Source of the DNA: an uncultured Salinivenus sp.
Lineage (GTDB): Bacteria; Bacteroidota; Rhodothermia; Rhodothermales; Salinibacteraceae
NCBI GenBank assembly: GCA_964502085.1
Contig: CAZCUZ010000004.1
Coordinates: forward strand, 278 to 64,277
Reading direction: 5' to 3'
DNA length: 64,000 nt
Shown here: positions 58,412-64,000 of the stretch, one piece after another
Position numbering within the stretch: position 1 is the first letter of the stretch
Layout: every line of letters begins with the position of its first letter
Translations under genes and position numbers: made by a program
Notes under the pieces: generated by a model
Told to the model about the DNA's origin: nothing
Database searches by the model: none
What the model saw: the letters and a program-made list of their open reading frames with translations, nothing else

Positions 58412-59104
58412 ATGCACGTTCAGGGCTTCACGTTCAGCTCGTTTATGACCAACTGCTACCTGTGCTACGATCGGGGAGAGGCCGTGCTCGTCGACGCGAG
58501 CTGTGCCACGACGGCGGAGCAACGAGAAATTCTGTCCGTGATTGAAGACGAGGACCTGGACGTGCGTCACCTTCTTCTCACGCACGCCCACGTCGATCAC
58601 ATTTTCGGTTGCCGATTCTTCGAGGAGCGGTTCGGCGACCAATTTAAGGCTCACGAGGCGTCCGTTCCGTTTATCGAGCGGGCCGAGGAGCAGGCCGCGG
58701 CGTTTGGGGTGGAGGTGGAGCCTCCCTCCCCCCCGACCTCCTTTCTCGACGAGGGCGATACGATTTCGTTCGGAGGAGTCACGCTCGAGGTCTTGCACAC
58801 GCCCGGCCACTCGCCCGACTCGATCTCGTTCGTCCACGAGGACAGTCAGCAGGCCCTCACGGGCGACGTGCTCTTTCAAAATTCGATTGGACGGACGCAG
58901 GGACTCCCGGAAACCTCGCGCTCGCAGCTCTTCACCTCCATCACCGAAAAGCTGCTTCCGCTCGGAGACGAGATGACGATTTATCCGGGCCACGGTCCCG
59001 AGACGACGATTGGGCAGGAACGTCGTCAGAATCCCTTCGTGGAGGAGGCCCTGGGTGGGACGCAGGGCGGATTCGGGAGCGGATCGACGGGAGCTATCCG
59101 GTAG
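58412..59104 (+). CDS. MBL-fold hydrolase (glyoxalase II-like)
   Basis: THAHVDH, TPGHSP, GDVLF, PGHG. Confidence 0.9.
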   Translation: MHVQGFTFSSFMTNCYLCYDRGEAVLVDASCATTAEQREILSVIEDEDLDVRHLLLTHAHVDHIFGCRFFEERFGDQFKAHEASVPFIERAEEQAAAFGVEVEPPSPPTSFLDEGDTISFGGVTLEVLHTPGHSPDSISFVHEDSQQALTGDVLFQNSIGRTQGLPETSRSQLFTSITEKLLPLGDEMTIYPGHGPETTIGQERRQNPFVEEALGGTQGGFGSGSTGAIR

Positions 59105-60233
59105 CCTCTGCTCGCACCTCTTCGTAATATTGTTCGTACGTCGGCACCACCCGGTCGATGTCGAACGTTTCGACGGCTCGGTCTCGGGCCGCCTGGGCCA
59201 TCTGGTCGTGAAGCGCCTCGTCGGTGAGCAGGGCCCGCGTGCGGTCGGTAAAGGCATCGACGTCGTCGACGGGACACAGGTAGCCCGTTTCTCCGTCGAC
59301 TACCAGTTCGGGAAGCCCTCCGACGTCGCTGACGACGGTCGGCACCCGGCAGGCCATCGCCTCCAGGGCTGCGAGTCCAAACGTTTCCGAGGCACTCGGC
59401 ATCAAGAACACGTCGGCAATCGACAGGATCTCTTCGATCGGGTCCTGTTTGCCCAGAAATCGAATGTCGTCGTAGACCCCGAGCTTCCGGGCTTTTCGTT
59501 CGGTGGGGACGCGCTCGGGCCCGTCGCCGACCAGGAGCAGCTTCACGTCTCTCATCTCGTCCCGCACGCGGTGAAAAATCTCGACGACCTGCTTGGTGTT
59601 TTTGACGGGGCGAAAGTTGGAGACGTGGACGATGACTTTTTCCCCGTTCGGACACAGGGCCTGCTTGAAGTGTTCTTTGTCCTGTCGGTGGAAGCGGTCG
59701 GTGTCGATAAAGTTGGGGATCACCTCGATTCCGTTGTCGACCGCAAAGTGGTCGTAGGTTTGCTGCCGAAGATAGTTGGACACGGCCGTTACGCCGTCCG
59801 ATTCGTTGATCGACCAGGTCACGACGGGGGCAAAGGAGGGATCCTGTCCGATGAGCGTGATGTCCGTTCCGTGAAGCGTCGTGACGACGGGAAGGGAGAT
59901 GCCTTCCCTCGCTAGAATCTGGCGGGCCATCACGGCACTCGTCGCGTGCGGGATGGCGTAGTGGACGTGCAGCACGTCCAGGCCCGCGTGCTTCACGATG
60001 TCGACCATTTTGCTCGTGAGGGACAGGGTATACGGGGGGGACTCGAAGAGCGGATAGCTCTGTACGTTGACTTCGTGGAAAAAAATGTTGCCGGCCACGT
60101 GGGAAAGCCGAAACGGCAGAGAGGAGGAGATGAAGTGGATTTCGTGATCCCGCTGAGCGAGGGTTTTTCCGAGCTCCGTAGCGACGACGCCGCTCCCTCC
60201 GTAGGTTGGGTAGCACGTGATGCCAACTTTCAT
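59094..60233 (-). CDS. bshA: N-acetyl-alpha-D-glucosaminyl L-malate synthase
   Basis: CYPTYGGSGVVATELG, HVHYAIPHA, TTLHGTD, HVSNFRPVK. Confidence 0.95.
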   Translation of the reverse strand: MKVGITCYPTYGGSGVVATELGKTLAQRDHEIHFISSSLPFRLSHVAGNIFFHEVNVQSYPLFESPPYTLSLTSKMVDIVKHAGLDVLHVHYAIPHATSAVMARQILAREGISLPVVTTLHGTDITLIGQDPSFAPVVTWSINESDGVTAVSNYLRQQTYDHFAVDNGIEVIPNFIDTDRFHRQDKEHFKQALCPNGEKVIVHVSNFRPVKNTKQVVEIFHRVRDEMRDVKLLLVGDGPERVPTERKARKLGVYDDIRFLGKQDPIEEILSIADVFLMPSASETFGLAALEAMACRVPTVVSDVGGLPELVVDGETGYLCPVDDVDAFTDRTRALLTDEALHDQMAQAARDRAVETFDIDRVVPTYEQYYEEVRAEATG

Positions 60234-60563
60234 GTGTAGAGTCCCCTTTACGGTTGATAATTTGCGACGGGAGGCGCTCTTTCAGGGCACCAACTTGCCA
60301 GCTGAGACGAGGTTGCAGACTCGCACGCTACTGGAAGGGGCCTTGATTCAGTCTTGCCGTTTTCGCTCGAGTACTACGAGATCTTCACGGTGCGAGGGCA
60401 AAATCGACCGCAGGAACGGAGCAGGGGGGGAAGTGATAGAGCGAATCGTTACTTTCTTCTATGAGATTGCGACCCACCCATTGTCGTCCGTTCCGTGCCA
60501 AGGTTTATCACCGAAGTCATAGGGGGGGCGTTCACGTACTCACTCACAACCATTACAGCGATT

Positions 60564-61214
60564 ATGAACTCGACCTCAACGCGCTCCGTTTTTTCCTTCC
60601 TCTTTGCCATCCTATTGTTTGTGGGCGTGTCCGCTCCCGCTCAGGCGCAGTTTGGCGTTGCGGGGGGGCTCAATTTTGAGTCGACCGACGACATCGAGGC
60701 GACGAACGGCAGTGCCACGCTCGACAACTCGACGGGGTACCACCTGGGACTCGTCTACGAGCTTTCTCTCGGACCTCTGAACGTTCGTCCCGGCTTCTTT
60801 TACCGCCGGGTTGGGGATTTTGAGCTGACCAACGTGTCCAATCAGCTTCAGGATGCGCGGTACACGGTGTCGGCGTGGGAGGTGCCGGTGGATCTCCGCG
60901 TGGGGGTGCTGGCGACGCCGGTCGTTTCTCCCTATCTCCTCGCCGGTCCGAAGGCGACCATTCCCCGGGGAGAGGACGAGTTCGACGACGCAATGGAGGA
61001 CCTCTCCTACACGATGAACGTCGGGGTCGGCGCGCAAATTTCAGTGCCGGGCTCCAATGTCCGCCTGCAACCCGAACTTCGGTACGAGTTCGGGGCGACG
61101 GGCTTCATCGACGAGGACACGGAGATCGAGGTGGGAGATCAGGAGGTGGAGTTTGAGCCCCAAGAAAGCCCCAAGTTCAGCACGTTTGCTCTTCGGCTGA
61201 ACGTCCTTTTTTAG
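60564..61214 (+). CDS. Small outer-membrane beta-barrel protein
   Basis: Signal peptide ending AQA-Q, alternating beta strands, C-terminal Phe. Confidence 0.8.
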   Translation: MNSTSTRSVFSFLFAILLFVGVSAPAQAQFGVAGGLNFESTDDIEATNGSATLDNSTGYHLGLVYELSLGPLNVRPGFFYRRVGDFELTNVSNQLQDARYTVSAWEVPVDLRVGVLATPVVSPYLLAGPKATIPRGEDEFDDAMEDLSYTMNVGVGAQISVPGSNVRLQPELRYEFGATGFIDEDTEIEVGDQEVEFEPQESPKFSTFALRLNVLF

Positions 61215-61354
61215 CGTGGTGCACGGCTAACTGGTAGCAGTACCGGGGTGCGAGTACCGATCCGGTTCGATGCCCACTGTCGGAAGACCGGCAGTGGGCA
61301 TCGCGTACGTCTGGGCTCGGGAAAGGGAAGCCCGTACGTTCGGGCTCGCGTCGC

Positions 61355-62020
61355 TTAGGAAATTTCTTTGTAGAAGCGAAAGCGGCGTTCGTTGACGCTG
61401 TACTCCCAGCCCGGGGAGACGAACTGCTGACGACTCACCCAGTACGGATGCTGGCGAGTCGTCATGGACCGTTCGCTGTAGAAGTGGCGCGTTTCGGGGG
61501 AAAAGGGTCGGTAGACCTCGTCGGCGTGCCGAACGTAATGAGCAATCCAGAGGGCCTGCTGCCAGGCCGGAAGCTGAACGTCCGGCGTAAGACTCAGGTA
61601 AAACGACCGTTTCGGCGCTTCGGGATTGAAGGCACTGAACTGGTAGGGGTCGAGCACGACCTCTTTGTAGTTCCCCCGGCCGCGATACTGCGTTTCGACT
61701 CGGTTGCGAACGACCCAGGCCACGAGTTCTTGCTCGTGGGGAAGCTTGGTTTCCGAGTAAATGGCGCGGGCCAACCACACGGTGCTCTCATTGACGATCG
61801 CGGGGGTGATGCTCGGCTGCTCGATGGGGGGATGGGACGGCCCGTACGACGCACTCAGGAGCTGAAAATTTGCCTCTTCAGTTGCCGAGGCCGAGTCGTT
61901 TTCGGTCGAGACCGTCGAGGACGACTCGGGGGGAGTAGGCGAAAAGACCGCAGTAACCTTCGCGGCGGAGAAGAGAAGGGTGCCCAAACACACCCACAGA
62001 ATGAGAGCCCGTTTACTCAT
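61355..62020 (-). CDS. SleB-like cell wall hydrolase (Hydrolase_2)
   Basis: LARAIYSE, VAWVVRNRV, VVLDPYQFSAFN; N-terminal signal or anchor. Confidence 0.8.
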   Translation of the reverse strand: MSKRALILWVCLGTLLFSAAKVTAVFSPTPPESSSTVSTENDSASATEEANFQLLSASYGPSHPPIEQPSITPAIVNESTVWLARAIYSETKLPHEQELVAWVVRNRVETQYRGRGNYKEVVLDPYQFSAFNPEAPKRSFYLSLTPDVQLPAWQQALWIAHYVRHADEVYRPFSPETRHFYSERSMTTRQHPYWVSRQQFVSPGWEYSVNERRFRFYKEIS

Positions 62021-62327
62021 GTTCGTGCGCTATTATCAGAGGACAGCGAGAATGGGGGAGGGAAGAAATGAAGACTCCCAATGATGTACGTACGTTTACT
62101 GACCGGCTCAACTCGGGGAAGGACAGGAAGTTTCCAGAAGTGACTTTCGTATAACCCCTTGATTATGAAGAGCTTAGATTATTTACTCAATTTATTCACG
62201 TCCCTTTGGGATTGTATTGAAGATGGGTTTATCCTATCTTGACTCTTGTGTGTAACGTTTGTGTCACTCAGGTTGAAAAAGGGGGATGTGAGAAGCGCTT
62301 TCGTGAATTGGCCGACTTTATTTTATT

Positions 62328-63506
62328 GTGTCGTCCCTTCGTATCGTCGCTGACGTTAATATACCATGCGTGGAAGATGCGTTTGGAGAACTCGGTACAA
62401 TTGAGCGGTATTCGGGGCGGGACATCGGGGCCGCGGAGGTTGAAAGGGCGGACGTTCTTCTCGTTCGCAGCGTCACCCGAGTGGAGCCGTCCCTCCTCGA
62501 CGAGAGCCCGGTTCAATTCGTGGGTTCTGCGACCATCGGGACGGACCACGTAGATCAGGACTACCTTGAGGAGCAGGGGATCGCCTTTGCCCACGCGCCG
62601 GCGTCGAATGCCGATTCCGTTGCCGATTACGTCGTCGCGGCCCTGTTCCTACTGGCTCGCACACACGGCGTCGATCTCAGGGACCGGACGGTAGGAATCG
62701 TGGGGTGCGGCAACATCGGGAGTCGGCTCGGCCGGCGGCTCACGGCGCTGGGGTTCACGGTGCTCCGCAACGATCCCCCGCTCGAAGCGGCGGATGCGGC
62801 GGCGGGACGCCCCTACACCTTCGTCGGGCTCGACACGGTGCTGGACGAGGCGGACGTCGTGACGCTGCACGTGCCCCTCACGACGGAAGGACCACATCCG
62901 ACCCATCACCTCGTTGACGAGGACGCACTGGATCGGCTTTCGTCCGGCGCCTGGCTTCTGAATACCTCGCGCGGGTCGGTCGTGGAGGGTGCGGCGCTTC
63001 TCGAGGCTCTCCGAGCCGACGAACTGGGGGCAGCGGTGTTGGACGTGTGGGAAGGGGAGCCGACCCCCGACGAGGCGCTGGTCCGAGCGGTCGATGTGGC
63101 GACGCCCCACATTGCCGGGTACGCCTACGACGGAAAAGTTCGGGGTACCACCATGCTGTACGAGGCCCTCTGCGAGCACCTCGGCGTCACCCCGACGTGG
63201 AGTGCAGCGTCGGTCCTCCGGCCCGAGCATCCGGACGCCCTCTCCTGCCGTCCGCCGGATCCCCGGCTGCCCCGAACCGAGTGGTTGCACCACCTCGTCC
63301 GGCAGGCCTACGACCTGGAGGCCGACGACGGGCGGATGCGCACTCTGATCGAGACGCCCCCGGCCGAGCGGGGAGATGCCTTTTCTGCACTCCGGGCTCA
63401 CTATCCCGTCCGTCGAGAGATGCAGCAGTACACGGTTTCCCGGGCGAGCGTCCCCCCGGCCTATCGAACGGCGGTCGAGGAGGGGCTCACCATGCAGTGT
63501 CGATAA
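62328..63506 (+). CDS. pdxB: Erythronate-4-phosphate dehydrogenase
   Basis: VRSVTRV, SATIGTDHVD, NADSVADYV, TPHIAGY..DGK. Confidence 0.92.
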   Translation: MSSLRIVADVNIPCVEDAFGELGTIERYSGRDIGAAEVERADVLLVRSVTRVEPSLLDESPVQFVGSATIGTDHVDQDYLEEQGIAFAHAPASNADSVADYVVAALFLLARTHGVDLRDRTVGIVGCGNIGSRLGRRLTALGFTVLRNDPPLEAADAAAGRPYTFVGLDTVLDEADVVTLHVPLTTEGPHPTHHLVDEDALDRLSSGAWLLNTSRGSVVEGAALLEALRADELGAAVLDVWEGEPTPDEALVRAVDVATPHIAGYAYDGKVRGTTMLYEALCEHLGVTPTWSAASVLRPEHPDALSCRPPDPRLPRTEWLHHLVRQAYDLEADDGRMRTLIETPPAERGDAFSALRAHYPVRREMQQYTVSRASVPPAYRTAVEEGLTMQCR

Positions 63507-63515
63507 CGCAGGGCC

Positions 63516-64000
63516 CTACGAACGGTAGCCGTACGAGCGAAGCAGCTGCTCCCGGTCGCGCCAGTCCTCCTGGACCTTGACGTGCAGGTTGAGGTACACC
63601 GGGCTCTGGACGAACGCCTCGATGTCCGTCCGCGCCTCCGTACCCACCTTCTTGAGGGCACGGCCCCCTTCTCCGATCACGATGCCCTTGTGCGACTCAC
63701 TCATCACGACGATTTCGGCGTCAACGTAGTCTTTTTGCGGGCCTTCTCGTTCTTCGTAGGCGACGATGTTGACCTGGATGGAATAGGGGAGCTCCTGGTG
63801 GTAGTGCTGGAACGCCTTCTCCCGAATGAGTTCAGCCACGAAGAAGCGCTCCGGATGCTCACTGATCATCTCCTTCGGGTAAAAGGGCGGCCCGTCCGGG
63901 AGGGTGTCGATCACGAGCTCGAGCAGGGTGTCGACGTTTCGACCCGTGAGGGCCGAGGTGGGAACGACCTCGTCGAAGGCGCGCAGGTCCGTGTAGGACT
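63516..64000 (-). CDS. era: GTPase Era, C-terminal part (5' end outside the window)
   Basis: VPTSALTG, ELIREK, ELPYS, KGIVIGEGG, VYLNLHVKV. Confidence 0.93.
   Translation of the reverse strand, partial: SYTDLRAFDEVVPTSALTGRNVDTLLELVIDTLPDGPPFYPKEMISEHPERFFVAELIREKAFQHYHQELPYSIQVNIVAYEEREGPQKDYVDAEIVVMSESHKGIVIGEGGRALKKVGTEARTDIEAFVQSPVYLNLHVKVQEDWRDREQLLRSYGYRS

Overview
GC-rich bacterial chromosome segment encoding very acidic proteins; gene content and composition fit a halophilic Rhodothermota such as Salinibacter (inference, no database search run). It is mostly housekeeping: ispE, ypdA, serA, engB, sucD, gatA, tatA, add, aroA, ldh, ispG, two rhomboids, lpxH-like, PBP1A, sbcD, tadA, arcA, truA, aroK, rnhB, murF, a short rho, radC, glyQS, mpl, rsmI, lptF/G, bshA, pdxB, era. 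The left end holds an ELWxxDGT-repeat exported protein (missed by the ORF track) divergent from an ECF sigma factor plus Ser/Thr kinase-TPR pair. The strongest hidden signals are: (1) a four-helix-bundle pseudogene split by three different miniature inverted-repeat elements stacked at one CTAAG site, each junction being a TAA that regenerates the target, plus a fourth solo element with the same ends and length at 55878-56005; (2) an unannotated 46-aa Phe/Tyr-rich leader peptide with terminator/antiterminator upstream of a chorismate mutase-DAHP synthase fusion; (3) recurrent intergenic clusters of inverted 7/8-nt repeats; (4) a dif-like XerD arm. No rRNA, tRNA, CRISPR array or transposase was recognised.
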